From assembly GCA_902826775.1 (NCBI GenBank), contig CADEHE010000009.1, forward strand, positions 107,726 through 171,725: a DNA stretch of 64,000 nucleotides, read 5' to 3'. The translations under genes were made by a program, and so were the position numbers. This DNA comes from an uncultured Pseudomonadota bacterium. GTDB taxonomy: Bacteria > Pseudomonadota > Gammaproteobacteria > Burkholderiales > JALYOK01. Below, in pieces: positions 1-10,498 of the stretch (positions are counted from its first letter, which is position 1; each line of letters opens with the position of its first letter). Below the pieces are notes generated by a model, which was not told where the DNA came from, made no database searches, and worked only from the letters and a program-made list of their open reading frames with translations.

Positions 1-430
1 GGACGTGGCGGGCAAAGCCGAGACGCACCGGGTGGCGCGCGCGCGTGGCCGCATCCTCATGCAGCCGGCCACGTTAGAGATGATTCAAGCAGGCGGTGCA
101 AAGAAGGGTGATGTGCTTGGTGTGGCGCGCCTGGCCGCCATTCAGGCCGCTAAGCGCACTTCTGATTTGATTCCGCTTTGCCACCCACTGCCGCTTACGC
201 ATGTGGGAGTAGAGTTTCACGTCGACGCCGCGGCCAATGCGATCGACTGCGAAGTCACGGCCGAGACGTACGGCCGCACCGGTGTGGAAATGGAAGCGCT
301 TACCGCCGTGCAAGTCGGCCTGCTCACGATCTACGACATGTGCAAAGCGGTGGATCGCGGCATGCGCATGGATAATACGCGCTTGGTCGAAAAGCTAGGC
401 GGCAAATCAGGGCACTGGCGGCAGGAATAG
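1..430 (+). CDS. moaC: cyclic pyranopterin monophosphate synthase MoaC; N-terminus probably cut by the window edge
   Basis: ORF 5..430 shows MoaC motifs ([25 protein letters not shown]); alignment to E. coli MoaC implies ~20 upstream residues are missing. Confidence 0.8.
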   Translation, partial: DVAGKAETHRVARARGRILMQPATLEMIQAGGAKKGDVLGVARLAAIQAAKRTSDLIPLCHPLPLTHVGVEFHVDAAANAIDCEVTAETYGRTGVEMEALTAVQVGLLTIYDMCKAVDRGMRMDNTRLVEKLGGKSGHWRQE

Positions 431-484
431 CTCTTCGATCAAGCTCAAAGCCGTCGTTGTGGTCAACCTTGCCGTAGTATATGG

Positions 485-1369
485 CTAGTTGCGCTGCCGC
501 GAGCGAATCCTAGGCGCGGCTACCGGCGCTTCGGGAACCAACCAGTCAAGGCGTACGCCGCCTTCGCCCGCCGGCGATAAAACCTGCCATAGCCACTGCA
601 ACAACGGCCGCAGGGATTGTTCCAATCGCCAAGGCGGGTTGACGATCAACATGCCGCAGCCGCGCATGCCGAGCGTCCAGGTTTCTGAATGCAGCGCCAG
701 TTCCGCGCGCAAAACCTTGCGCACGCCGCTGTTGATCATCAAGCGTTCAAAGCGGCGCATGATCCCCGGCTGCATGAGCGGGTACCAAAGCGCAAACATG
801 CCGGTATCCCAGCGCGCGTGCGCGCGTTTGAGCGATTGCACCAGGCGTTCAAACTCCCGCGCACGATCAAACGGCGAATCGATGAGCACCAGCCCGCGCC
901 GCTCGCGCGGAGGCACGAACATATTAAGCGCCGCATCGGCGTCCATGTGGCGCACACTGGTCTGGCGATCGCTGGCGAACACCGCTTCGAGTTTGGCGCA
1001 GTCCTCCACATTCAGTTCGCTCAACACCATGCGGTCGCGCTCGCGCAGCAGCGTGCGCGCGATGCGCGGCGACCCCGGGTACCAGCGCAGGCGTGCGTTG
1101 GGATTGTCGCGCCGCACGCAGTCCAAATATGCCTGCAGCGCCGGCGGTGCGTCGTCGCGCTGCCAAACCCGCGCGATGCCTTGCTCATGCTCCTGTGCCT
1201 TTTGCGACCAAGCATGTTGCAGATCGTAGAGCGCGATGCCCGCATGAGTGTCGAGGTAGCAGAATGGCGCCTCTTTCTTATGCAGCGCGAGCAGCAGTTG
1301 CGTCAGCAGCGTGTGCTTGAAGACATCGGCGAAGTTGCCGGCATGAAAGAGGTGGCGGTAGGAGAGCAT
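485..1369 (-). CDS. rlmJ: 23S rRNA (adenine2030-N6)-methyltransferase RlmJ
   Basis: N-terminus MLSYRHLFHAGNFADVFKH and NPPW motif are typical of RlmJ/YhiR. Confidence 0.8.
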   Translation of the reverse strand: MLSYRHLFHAGNFADVFKHTLLTQLLLALHKKEAPFCYLDTHAGIALYDLQHAWSQKAQEHEQGIARVWQRDDAPPALQAYLDCVRRDNPNARLRWYPGSPRIARTLLRERDRMVLSELNVEDCAKLEAVFASDRQTSVRHMDADAALNMFVPPRERRGLVLIDSPFDRAREFERLVQSLKRAHARWDTGMFALWYPLMQPGIMRRFERLMINSGVRKVLRAELALHSETWTLGMRGCGMLIVNPPWRLEQSLRPLLQWLWQVLSPAGEGGVRLDWLVPEAPVAAPRIRSRQRN

Positions 1370-1495
1370 GGTCGTCGGAGCGGAGGGAAAAGTAAAACGA
1401 TAAGTGCGATGTGAAACGCTAAGCGTGGCGGCCTTGCTGGTGCAGCGCTGGTCCGCGCTTCACCTTTCACGTATTACTTTTCCCGCCGCACTCCT

Positions 1496-1867
1496 TCACA
1501 GTTTGTTGTACTTCGTCGCCCGTCCTTTTGCCTTCGAGACCGGGTATTTTTTCGCGTTGAGCTTGAGTTTGGTGTGTGCCGCGGCGATCGGATCAATGTC
1601 GAGTTTATCAGCCAGCCGCAGCAGAAACAGCAGCACGTCCGCGATCTCCAGCGCCACTTCGCGTTTGGTGGCGGCCGGCAAGCGCGCGGCCTGCTCCGGC
1701 GTCAGCCACTGAAAGTGTTCGACCAACTCGCCGGCTTCGGCGATTAACGCCATCGCCAGATTCTTAGGGTTGTGAAACTGATCCCAGTCGCGCGCGTCGG
1801 CAAAGTGCGCCAGCGCGCGGCTCAGTTCAGCGAGATCGGCGGCGCGGGCAGGTTTGGCCGTAGGCAT
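1496..1867 (-). CDS. MazG-like nucleotide pyrophosphohydrolase
   Basis: 123 aa; the EAGELVEHFQW helix resembles the MazG/dCTPase-type all-alpha NTP-PPase fold. Confidence 0.6.
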   Translation of the reverse strand: MPTAKPARAADLAELSRALAHFADARDWDQFHNPKNLAMALIAEAGELVEHFQWLTPEQAARLPAATKREVALEIADVLLFLLRLADKLDIDPIAAAHTKLKLNAKKYPVSKAKGRATKYNKL

Positions 1868-1872
1868 GGTCT

Positions 1873-2427
1873 TCAGGCTCCAAATAGGTGGCGCAGGCGC
1901 GGGCGCGGCACTTCGAAATCGAGAAACATGAACTGATTGGCTGCGTCACTGGCGAACGTGTCGGCCGCCGCCATACGCTGTTGGCGGCCGAGCTTGCCGA
2001 GCGGCACCACGGCATGCTTCTTCTGCGGATCGAGCAGCACAATCTCGCCTACGCTATGCCGTTCGGCGCGGCAACTGCGGTCGACAATCCCAAGTTGGCC
2101 GCTGTGCACCACGACGATCACGAAGTACACGGCGGGATAATTGCGCTTGTCGTCGTGCAGGCTGACCGGACCGCAGCCTTGCACGGTGAAGTGGTCGCGG
2201 CTAAAAAATGCCATCGGCAGTTGCAACTTAGCCGCCAGATCGATGCGCAAGCGATCGACCAGATCCAGCGAGATGTGCGCGCGCATCGCTTCGAGCAAAC
2301 ATGTTTCGTCGGCTGGAAAGCCGCGCGGGCACAGGGCATGCGCGAGTTGATACAAGGCATCGAGCTGCGCTGCTTCGATGTCGACGCGCAACTTGGTGCG
2401 AATCAACGCGGCATGGCGGCGTGGCAT
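1873..2427 (-). CDS. hypothetical protein (possible LON-N-like domain)
   Basis: 184-aa ORF with host-like GC and no overlap with neighbours; family not recognised. Confidence 0.4.
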   Translation of the reverse strand: MPRRHAALIRTKLRVDIEAAQLDALYQLAHALCPRGFPADETCLLEAMRAHISLDLVDRLRIDLAAKLQLPMAFFSRDHFTVQGCGPVSLHDDKRNYPAVYFVIVVVHSGQLGIVDRSCRAERHSVGEIVLLDPQKKHAVVPLGKLGRQQRMAAADTFASDAANQFMFLDFEVPRPRLRHLFGA

Positions 2428-2506
2428 GGAGAGTGCAAAGCGCGAGCGAAGTAAACGCGAGGCTGCGAGTGTAGCCTGAGTTAGCTGGCGCGTGCATACT
2501 GCATGA

Positions 2507-2986
2507 ATGGCCTCAGGGTGCTCGATCGAGTTGGTGCGCCAGGCGCACGCTTACGCCGAACTGTGCGTGTTGTTCCGCGAGTACCAAGCGCACATCGACG
2601 TCGATCTTTGTTTCCAGGGATTCGAGGCGGAGCTGGCGAGCGTCGAGCACATCTACGCGTCGCCGCATGGGGCGGCCTACCTGGCGCGACCGCTTGGGGG
2701 AGGCGCCGCAGTGGGATGCGTCGCGCTCAAAGCCAGTGCGCCCGGCATTGGTGAGATGAAGCGTCTTTACGTCCAGCCGGCATATCAAGGCACTGGGCTT
2801 GGGCGAGCGTTGGTGCTGAGCATCCTTGATCGCGCGCGGCAGTTGGGCTATGCCCGCATGCGCTTGGATACCTTGCCTTCGATGGCGGCGGCGCAACAGC
2901 TCTACCGCAGCCTAGGCTTCGGCGAGATTGCCCCGTATTACGCCAACCCCCTTCCGGGCACGCTCTATATGGAGCGTGGTCTGTAG
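2507..2986 (+). CDS. GNAT family N-acetyltransferase
   Basis: Acetyl-CoA binding motif region (RLYVQPAYQGTGLGRALV). Confidence 0.7.
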   Translation: MASGCSIELVRQAHAYAELCVLFREYQAHIDVDLCFQGFEAELASVEHIYASPHGAAYLARPLGGGAAVGCVALKASAPGIGEMKRLYVQPAYQGTGLGRALVLSILDRARQLGYARMRLDTLPSMAAAQQLYRSLGFGEIAPYYANPLPGTLYMERGL

Positions 2987-3102
2987 GTACTGGCTGGTGT
3001 TATTACCTTGATAATAGATAATTTGCGATTTCTAGAATACTAGTGCCGCCAGTATTAGGCAAAAGCTGCGTCCGCAGCGAGAATCTGATACATTGGCGCA
3101 GC

Positions 3103-3420
3103 ATGAGCTTTCAGCAAATCACGCCCGCACAGTTGCACGCGATGAGGCAAGCAGATGCGCCTTGCATCCTGGTCGATGTCCGCACGAGTCCCGAGGTGAT
3201 GCGCGGCATGATCGACGGGGCAAGGCATATCGTTCTGCCAAGCTTGCCGGGCAATGTCGATAGCCTGCCGTTTGACCACGATGTGGTGTTTTACTGCCAG
3301 TCCGGCGCGCGCAGCGCGCAGGCATGCATGTGGTTTGCGGCTCAAGGCGGCAGGCGTGTTTACAATCTCCAGGGCGGCATTTTGGCTTGGATGCGCGAAG
3401 GCTACCCGTTAAGCATTTGA
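3103..3420 (+). CDS. rhodanese-like sulfurtransferase domain protein
   Basis: Rhodanese active-site loop CQSGARS and GG(I/L)LAW motif; start taken at MSFQQ. Confidence 0.7.
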   Translation: MSFQQITPAQLHAMRQADAPCILVDVRTSPEVMRGMIDGARHIVLPSLPGNVDSLPFDHDVVFYCQSGARSAQACMWFAAQGGRRVYNLQGGILAWMREGYPLSI

Positions 3421-3445
3421 ACCTAGAGGCAAGTCGCGGCGAAGC

Positions 3446-3685
3446 ATGAATATGAACTCAGAAATTGCAAAAGAACTCGATGCGCGGGGCTTGAATTGTC
3501 CCTTGCCGATACTGCGCACAAAAAAAGCGCTGAGCGACATCCGCCGCGGTGAAGTGATGAAGATCGTCGCGACCGATCCCGGTTCGATGAAAGACTTTGC
3601 CGCATTCGCCAAGCAGACCGGCCACGAATTGCTGTCGGCGCTTGAAATTAATCGCGAGTACGTGTTTTTGCTCCGAAAAACTTGA
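3446..3685 (+). CDS. TusA-like sulfur carrier protein
   Basis: CPLP(I) motif of the TusA/SirA family; 79 aa. Confidence 0.7.
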   Translation: MNMNSEIAKELDARGLNCPLPILRTKKALSDIRRGEVMKIVATDPGSMKDFAAFAKQTGHELLSALEINREYVFLLRKT

Positions 3686-3895
3686 AGAGGCGCGGGGGGG
3701 TTGAAGGATGCGCGGGGGGACCCCCTGCCCCCGCGCTCGCTCTCAGAGACACCGTGCATATCGAGCGCGCTTATGCGCGCGGAATGGATCGCTAGCAACG
3801 GCGTTGTTGCGTAGTATCAGCGCGCAACGCGTGCCCCATTTATGCACGGCGTATCCAACCGCCTGCGCGGGGGCAGGGGGTTCCCCCGCGCATCC
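3686..3895. repeat. GC-rich palindromic MITE/REP-like element, copy A
   Basis: Termini GGATGCGCGGGGGGACCCCCTGCCCCCGCGC and GCGCGGGGGCAGGGGGTTCCCCCGCGCATCC are inverted repeats. The internal ~80 nt recurs in reverse orientation at 25634-25830. Confidence 0.6.
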
Positions 3896-4729
3896 TTATT
3901 GAAACCGCGGCTTGCGCTTTTCCACGAACGCCGCGCAACCTTCCGCGAAATCGGGGCTGCGCGCGGCTACGGCGAACGCTTGCGATTCGGCTTCCAACTG
4001 TTCGGCGAGCGTGTTGTCGATCGACATGTTCATGAGATGCTTGGTCTGCGCAAACGCCACGGCGGGTCCGTTCGCCAGGCGCGTAATGATTTCGTTGGCG
4101 CGCGCTTCCAGTTGATCCGGTGGCACGATCCAGTTGACCAACCCCAAATCCAAAGCTGTTTTCGCATCGAAGCGGTCCGGCAGTAGCGCGAGCTGCATGG
4201 CACGGTGGTAGCCGACCAAACGCGGCAGCGAGTACGTGGTGCCGCCATCAGGGATCGCGCCGATGTTGCTGTAAGCGAGCGTGAACAGGGTGTTGTCCGC
4301 GGCGATGGCAAGATCGGCCGCAGCTACTAAACCGAGACCGGCGCCAGCGGCCACGCCGTGCACGCACGCGAGCACCGGTTTGCCCATCTGGCGCAGGTTC
4401 AAAATCGCCGCGTGGTATTCACGCGTGAAATGCACGATCAATTTCGGCATGTCGGCGATCTTGCCGTGAAACTCGCTAACGTCGCCGCCCGCCATGAAGG
4501 CGTTGCCCGCGCCGCGCAGCAATACCGCACGCACGTTGGGATCATCCTTGATCTCCAAGGTGATGTCGCGCAGCGCGAACATGGTCTCGCTGTTCATCGC
4601 ATTCATCACTTGCGGCCGGTTGAACGTAATGATGCCGATGCGATCCTTGACGCTGTAGAGCGGATTGTCAGCCACGATGCTGCCTCCGGTAGAAGTGGGT
4701 TGGTCGCTATTTTGCCACTGCGCCGGCAC
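3896..4729 (-). CDS. enoyl-CoA hydratase/isomerase (crotonase) family protein
   Basis: Crotonase-fold motifs (ITFNRPQVMNAMN, AGGDV). The start may lie downstream of the first ATG because that ATG overlaps the MFS gene. Confidence 0.7.
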   Translation of the reverse strand: MPAQWQNSDQPTSTGGSIVADNPLYSVKDRIGIITFNRPQVMNAMNSETMFALRDITLEIKDDPNVRAVLLRGAGNAFMAGGDVSEFHGKIADMPKLIVHFTREYHAAILNLRQMGKPVLACVHGVAAGAGLGLVAAADLAIAADNTLFTLAYSNIGAIPDGGTTYSLPRLVGYHRAMQLALLPDRFDAKTALDLGLVNWIVPPDQLEARANEIITRLANGPAVAFAQTKHLMNMSIDNTLAEQLEAESQAFAVAARSPDFAEGCAAFVEKRKPRFQ

Positions 4730-5963
4730 CGCCGCGCGGCGTCAGGTAGGGCTGCAACATTTGCTGCAGCCGCTGCCGCTGCGCGTGCAGCACCAGCGCC
4801 AGCAGCAAGCACAGCGCGCCGTTGAGCAAGAACGCGCGCTGCACGCCGAACGCTTCGGCGATTTGGCCGGAGACCAGCGCGCCGATCGGGCCGACGCCAA
4901 TGAAAGCTGCTGCGTACAAGCTCATGACGCGGCCGCGCTTGTCGTCTTCGACGATGGTTTGCAGCAGCGTGTTGCAGCAGGCGCCGACCACGATCATGCC
5001 GAAACCGACCAAGACGATGAGCAAATGGCTCAGCCATAGACCCGAGTTCAGCGCGAATAGCGTCAAGCCGAGCGCTCCGATCGACTGCGCCACGCGTAGA
5101 AACGTCGCGAGGTGTTGCGTGCCGCGGCGTGCGGCAAGCAGGACCGTGCCGAACACCGCGCCCAAGCCCGCACAACTGATAAGCGTGCCGACGGTGCGCG
5201 CATCGCGCTGCAGCACCTCGCCGACGAACGCCGGCATGAGCGGGACGTAAGCGTTGATGAGAAAACTCACCGTCGCCAGAATGGCGAGCAGCCAGCGGAT
5301 CGGTTTGGTGGCAAAGGCATAGCGCAGCCCCTCGCGAAAGCTGTGCCAAACGGACGTGGCTGCAGTCTTGCGGGTCAATAGCGGCAGCCGCATCGACAGC
5401 AATGCGATCAAAATAGCAACGTAGCTTAGGGCGTTTAGGAAGAAGCAAACGGTTTCGCCGAACGCAGTGATCACCAGCCCGGCAATGGCGGGGCCGACCA
5501 AGCGCGCGCTGTTCATCAACATCGAATTGAGCGCAATTGCGTTGGGCAAGTCGGCGCGATCTTCGACGAAATGCACGAACATCGATTGGCGCGCCGGCAT
5601 GTCGAATGCGTTAATGGTGCTGGCGATAAACATCGCAGCGATCACATGCCACACTTGCACCACGCCGGTAGCGGCCAAAATGGCGAGCGTAAACGATTGG
5701 GCCAATGCGAGCGACTGCGTGGTGAGCAAGATCCGATGGCGGTTCCAACGGTCGCAGAGGATGCCGGCAAACGGCGCGATGACAAGCATGGATATCTGGC
5801 TGGCGAAACCCGCCAGCCCCAACAGCGCCGCCGAGCCGCTTAACCGGTAAACCAGCCACATCGCGGCGATCTGATGCATCCAGGTGCCGATCATCGACAG
5901 CATCTGGCCGCAGAAGAACAGGCGGAAGTTGCGGTGGCGCAGGGAGCGGAGCAGGTGGGGCAT
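4707..5963 (-). CDS. MFS transporter (EntS/YbdA-like)
   Basis: 12-TM hydrophobic profile; N-terminus RNFRLFFCGQMLSMIGTWM typical of the enterobactin-exporter-like MFS family. Confidence 0.7.
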   Translation of the reverse strand: MPHLLRSLRHRNFRLFFCGQMLSMIGTWMHQIAAMWLVYRLSGSAALLGLAGFASQISMLVIAPFAGILCDRWNRHRILLTTQSLALAQSFTLAILAATGVVQVWHVIAAMFIASTINAFDMPARQSMFVHFVEDRADLPNAIALNSMLMNSARLVGPAIAGLVITAFGETVCFFLNALSYVAILIALLSMRLPLLTRKTAATSVWHSFREGLRYAFATKPIRWLLAILATVSFLINAYVPLMPAFVGEVLQRDARTVGTLISCAGLGAVFGTVLLAARRGTQHLATFLRVAQSIGALGLTLFALNSGLWLSHLLIVLVGFGMIVVGACCNTLLQTIVEDDKRGRVMSLYAAAFIGVGPIGALVSGQIAEAFGVQRAFLLNGALCLLLALVLHAQRQRLQQMLQPYLTPRGGAGAVAK

Positions 5964-6103
5964 CGCCCTAGGAGCTTAGGCGTCATCGCCGCGAAGCGGC
6001 GAGCTCCAAGGCTCTGTTGCGAATCCTGTTGCACCTCGATGATGCGATGAGATCACCGCTCTTGCGGCGATGACGCTCGTTGCGAGCGCGGCCGCAACGG
6101 ACA

Positions 6104-6916
6104 TCACTTGATTACGACGCCGTCCAGATTCTCTTCCGGCTCAGGATACTTCATCTTCAAGCGTTCCAGCGTATCGATGAGAATGCGCGAAATGAGCAGG
6201 TTGCGGCTGCTTTTGGAATCGGCGGGGATAACGTACCATGGCGCATAACTCATGCTGGTTTGGTTCAGCACATCCTGATAAGCGCTCATGTACCTATCCC
6301 ACAGTTTGCGTTCCTCCAGATCGCCCAAGCGGAATTTCCAGCGCTTGGTGGGATCGTCCAAGCGCGCTTGCAGCCGGCGCTTTTGTTCCGCTTTCGAGAT
6401 GTAAAGAAAGCACTTGATGATGATCGTCCCGTTATCGGCAAGCAGTTTTTCGAAAGCATTGATCTGCTTGAAGCGGCGCTGTACTTCCTTCTCATCGATC
6501 CAGTCGTGCACGCGCACCACCAGCACGTCCTCATAGTGGCTGCGGTTGAAGATGACGATCTCGCCCTTACCTGGCACGACTTTGTGCACGCGCCATAAAT
6601 AGTCGCGGTCTAGTTCTTCCTTGGTCGGCACGCCGAAGCTCGCCACGCGCACGCCGAGCGGATCGACTTTGTCGAACACATGACGGATGACGCCGTCCTT
6701 GCCCGAGGTGTCCATGCCTTGCAGCACCAGCAGCACTTTGTGCTTGTGCTCGGCGTAAAGCAAGTCCTGCAATTCGTCCAGGCGCGCAGCGAGTTCCGCG
6801 AGTTCGCGCGCGTCGTCCGCGCCGGTACCGGGCGAGGCGGATTTATCGGCCGGATTCCAGTCTTTGAGTTTGACTTTCTTGCCGGGTTTGACGCAGTAGG
6901 TCTTCAGTTTGAGCAA
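6104..6916 (-). CDS. polyphosphate kinase 2 family protein (PPK2)
   Basis: PPK2 Walker A (QGMDTSGKDG) and lid motifs. Confidence 0.8.
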   Translation of the reverse strand: MLKLKTYCVKPGKKVKLKDWNPADKSASPGTGADDARELAELAARLDELQDLLYAEHKHKVLLVLQGMDTSGKDGVIRHVFDKVDPLGVRVASFGVPTKEELDRDYLWRVHKVVPGKGEIVIFNRSHYEDVLVVRVHDWIDEKEVQRRFKQINAFEKLLADNGTIIIKCFLYISKAEQKRRLQARLDDPTKRWKFRLGDLEERKLWDRYMSAYQDVLNQTSMSYAPWYVIPADSKSSRNLLISRILIDTLERLKMKYPEPEENLDGVVIK

Positions 6917-7011
6917 GTTGTTTCTCCGAGCCGTACACCCTGAGCTTGTCGAAGGGCGGCGAGAATTTGTGCGCGCGGCTCGACAAGCTCACCGCGAACG
7001 GATAGCGGCAC

Positions 7012-9915
7012 TCAATCTAGCCGCGCTAACTGCGCCTTGAACTTCTCCAGTTGCGCTTCGAAATTTCCTAGGCGCTCGCGCTCCTGTGCCACCACTTGAG
7101 CTGGCGCGCGCGCGACGAACGACTCGTTGGCGAGCTTTGCGTTTGCCCTGCCGATTTCGCCTTCCAGCCGCGCGATCTCTTTGGACAACCGTTCCCGCTC
7201 CGCCGCCACATCGATCTCAACTTTTAGCATCAAGCGATAATCGCCCACCACCAAGACCGGCGCGCCCGCATCGGGCAGTTCCGCAACGACGCTCACGTCC
7301 GCCAAGCGCGCCAGGGATTTCAAGTACGGGGCGAATTCTTCCAGCGTCGCGCGCTCGCCGCTGGCGAGCAGCGGAACCCGCTCGCCGGGCCCCAGGCCCA
7401 TCTCGGCGCGCAGTGTGCGGCAGGCGTTCACCATCTCTTTAAACAGCGCCATCTTCTTGTTGGCGGCCGCGTCGATGCGCGTGGCATCGGGCGCGGGAAA
7501 GGGCTGGACGCTCACCGACGCTTCTTGATTTACCGAAGCTTTACCCGCCATGGGCGCAACTTTTTGCCACAACTCTTCCGTGATGAACGGAATCACCGGG
7601 TGCGCGAGCCGTAGCGTGGCTTCGAGTACGCGCAGCAGCGTGTGGCGGGTACTACTGGCGATAGTGTCATCCTGAGACTGAAGCTGAGTCTTAGTCAGCT
7701 CAACATACCAGTCGCAGTACTCGTCCCACACCAGTTCATAAATGGCGCGTGCAACGAAATCAAGTCGATAGGTGTTGAAGCCCTCGCGCACTTCGCTTTC
7801 GGCTTGCTGTAAGCGGCCGATGATCCAGCGATCGACGAAGGAATGTTTCTGCGTGGTGTTGCTGAGCCCGCAGTCTTTGCCTTCGCAATTCATCAGCACG
7901 AAGCGCGTCGCATTCCACAGTTTGTTGCAGAAGTTGCGGTAACCGTCGCAGCGGCTCATGTCGAACTTGATGTCGCGCCCGAGCGTGGCGAGCGAGGCGA
8001 AGGTGAAGCGCAATGCGTCGGCGCCGAACGCAGGAATGCCGTCGGGGTATTCCTTGCGCGTACGTTTGGCGATCGCCTCCGATTGTTTCGGATTCATCAA
8101 GCCGGTGGTGCGCTTTTTCACCAAGGTTTCGGTGTCGATGCCATCGATCAAATCGAGCGGATCGAGCGTGTTGCCTTTGGATTTCGACATCTTCTGGCCT
8201 TCGGCATCGCGCACCAGGCCGTGGATGTAAACGTGATGGAACGGCACGCGCCCGGTCATGTACTTGGTGATCATCACCATGCGCGCGACCCAGAAGAAGA
8301 TGATGTCGAAGCCGGTCACAAGCACGGAGGAGGGCAGGTAGAGATCGACCGCAGGGTTGGGTTTCCGGGAATCCGGTGTCCAGCCCAGCGTGGAGAAACA
8401 CCAAAGTTGCGAGGAGAACCAGGTGTCGAAGACGTCTTCGTCTTGTCTCAAGCGTAGTGACAACATCCGATGCTTGAGGCTCTCTACTCGTTTGCGAGTC
8501 TGCTCATCGAACCATTCTGCGTCGCTAGCCCGAGCGCTAGCTGAGGCGATTATCTTCGACGCGTCGGCTGCGACTAGCCATTCGATCTCCTCTTGAATCT
8601 TGTGCCTTGCTAGCTGCAGGGCTTCCTGTTCGTCATGAGCAACGTAAACGTGGCCCTCCTCGTCGTACCAAGCCGGAACCCGATGTCCCCACCACAACTG
8701 GCGTGAGATGCACCAATCCTGAATGTTGTTGAGCCAGTGGTTGTAGGTGTTGACCCAGTTTTCCGGGAACAGCTTCACTTCGCCGCTCGCCACCGCATCC
8801 AGGCCCATCTTGGCGAGCGATTCCATTTTTACGAACCACTGCGTCGTCAGCATCGGCTCGATCACCACACCGGTGCGATCGCCGCGCGGCACTTGCATCT
8901 TGTGCGGCTTGGCGGAGGCAAGCAAACCTTGCGCTTCGAGATCGGCAACGACTTGCTTGCGCGCATCGAAGCGATCGAGGCCGCGATACTTGGCCGGTGC
9001 GTTGTCGTTGATCTTCGCTTGCAGCGTGAAGATATTGATCTGCGGCAACTGGTGGCGCTGGCCGACTTGGTAGTCGCCGAAGTCGTGCGCCGGCGTCACT
9101 TTTACGCAGCCGGTGCCGAACTCTTTGTCGACATACTCGTCCGCGATAACGGGAATCTCGCGCTCGGCAAGCGGCAAGCGCACCTTCTTACCGACCAGAT
9201 GCTTGTAGCGTTCATCCTCAGGATGCACCATGACGGCGACGTCGCCCAGCATTGTCTCGGGACGTGTCGTTGCTACCGTGACCTGACCGCTGCCGTCCAT
9301 GAGCGGATAGTTGATCTCCCAAATCGTGCCGTCTTCTTCCTGCGACTGCACTTCGAGGTCGGAGATAACCGTCTGCAGAACCGGATCCCAGTTCGATAGG
9401 CGCACGCCGCGATAAATCAAACCGTCTTGGTGCAGCTTGACGAAGGTGTGCGTGACGAGCTTGGCGAGCGGCTCGTCCATGGTGAAACACTCGCGTGTCC
9501 AATCGCAAGAAGCGCCCAGGCGCCGCATCTGCCGCGTGATGGTGGAGCCGGACTCTTGCTTCCACTCCCAAACCTTCTCGATAAACCGCTCGCGCCCAAG
9601 TGCATTGCGCGACTGGCCTTTGCCTTCGAGTTGGCGTGTCACCACCATCTCAGTGGCAATGCCCGCATGATCAGTGCCCGGTTGCCAAAGCGTGTTTGCA
9701 CCGCACATGCGATGAAAGCGCGTCAGCGCGTCCATGATGGTCTGGTTGAACGCATGGCCCATGTGCAGCGTGCCGGTGACGTTGGGCGGCGGCAGTTGGA
9801 TGCAGAACGCCGGCTTGTTGGGCGCGTAACCGGCGTTAAAGTAGCCGCGCGCTTCCCAAATGGGATACCAGTGAGCCTCTATGGCGCGAGGCTCAAAACT
9901 TTTTGCGAGTTCCAT
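7012..9915 (-). CDS. valS: valine--tRNA ligase
   Basis: Full-length class I aaRS with HMGH and KMSKS motifs, editing domain and C-terminal coiled coil; start taken at MELAKSF. Confidence 0.9.
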   Translation of the reverse strand: MELAKSFEPRAIEAHWYPIWEARGYFNAGYAPNKPAFCIQLPPPNVTGTLHMGHAFNQTIMDALTRFHRMCGANTLWQPGTDHAGIATEMVVTRQLEGKGQSRNALGRERFIEKVWEWKQESGSTITRQMRRLGASCDWTRECFTMDEPLAKLVTHTFVKLHQDGLIYRGVRLSNWDPVLQTVISDLEVQSQEEDGTIWEINYPLMDGSGQVTVATTRPETMLGDVAVMVHPEDERYKHLVGKKVRLPLAEREIPVIADEYVDKEFGTGCVKVTPAHDFGDYQVGQRHQLPQINIFTLQAKINDNAPAKYRGLDRFDARKQVVADLEAQGLLASAKPHKMQVPRGDRTGVVIEPMLTTQWFVKMESLAKMGLDAVASGEVKLFPENWVNTYNHWLNNIQDWCISRQLWWGHRVPAWYDEEGHVYVAHDEQEALQLARHKIQEEIEWLVAADASKIIASASARASDAEWFDEQTRKRVESLKHRMLSLRLRQDEDVFDTWFSSQLWCFSTLGWTPDSRKPNPAVDLYLPSSVLVTGFDIIFFWVARMVMITKYMTGRVPFHHVYIHGLVRDAEGQKMSKSKGNTLDPLDLIDGIDTETLVKKRTTGLMNPKQSEAIAKRTRKEYPDGIPAFGADALRFTFASLATLGRDIKFDMSRCDGYRNFCNKLWNATRFVLMNCEGKDCGLSNTTQKHSFVDRWIIGRLQQAESEVREGFNTYRLDFVARAIYELVWDEYCDWYVELTKTQLQSQDDTIASSTRHTLLRVLEATLRLAHPVIPFITEELWQKVAPMAGKASVNQEASVSVQPFPAPDATRIDAAANKKMALFKEMVNACRTLRAEMGLGPGERVPLLASGERATLEEFAPYLKSLARLADVSVVAELPDAGAPVLVVGDYRLMLKVEIDVAAERERLSKEIARLEGEIGRANAKLANESFVARAPAQVVAQERERLGNFEAQLEKFKAQLARLD

Positions 9916-10067
9916 GCGTAATAACAACCGGGAGGGAGTGGCGATTATACAAGACGCCGCATGCGGCCTTCGGCGCGCTGCGGGGATCGCTTCCGAGGGT
10001 ATTGGCTCAGGCGAAGCGGTAGGCGAAGAGCTTCCGCGCTGTGCAGCGTCGCGGAACCGGCTAGCTG

Positions 10068-10495
10068 TTAGCCCTTGGAATACAGTTGCTCGTGCAAGAT
10101 TTCTTCGACGCGCTGCGCAATGCCGCGAGCAAATTGCTCGGCCTCGTGCGCAAGCGCTTGGCGCACCGCAGCGGCGATATGCGCCTCAAGTTGAGCTTGC
10201 GTTTGTTCGCGGATGTGCCGAGTCAAGGTGGGAATCACAGCGTCTTCCAATATCTGACGCAACGCCTGCTCGTCTGCAACATTAATAGTCGGAGCGATGC
10301 GCTTTGAGGCAATAGCGGTTGTGGCCGGCTGCTCGTTCCCGGGCACGGCAACAACTTCCGTTAACACAGGAATATCGTCGGCAGCGCTGGCGCTATCCGT
10401 GCGATGGCGCCCAACTAGCGCTTCCATTTTGGCCAACAAGGCATCGTGGGTCGTTGTCGCATCCGCCCCGCCGCCATGCACTGGTTTGTCGGGCA
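10068..10495 (-). CDS. hypothetical protein downstream of holC
   Basis: ORF starts at MPDKPVHG immediately after the holC stop. The N-terminal part of the tracked 235-aa ORF overlaps holC in another frame and was discarded. Confidence 0.45.
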
Positions 10496-10498
10496 TTG

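Noticed and set aside
489-1414. ORFs 489..1229(+) and 689..1414(+) antisense to rlmJ
   Set aside because: Arg/Ser-rich translations typical of the antisense frame of a GC-rich gene; rlmJ on the minus strand is clearly the real gene
3708-3902. ORF 3708..3902(+) and ORF 25602..25985(-) that share the peptide CTAYPTA(C/S)AGAGG
   Set aside because: The shared peptide arises from translating the repeated palindromic element; neither is a protein gene
7760-9399. ORFs of 200+ aa antisense to or overlapping valS (7760..8404 -, 7843..8457 +, 8737..9399 +)
   Set aside because: They lie inside the 971-aa valS reading frame region and have low-complexity translations
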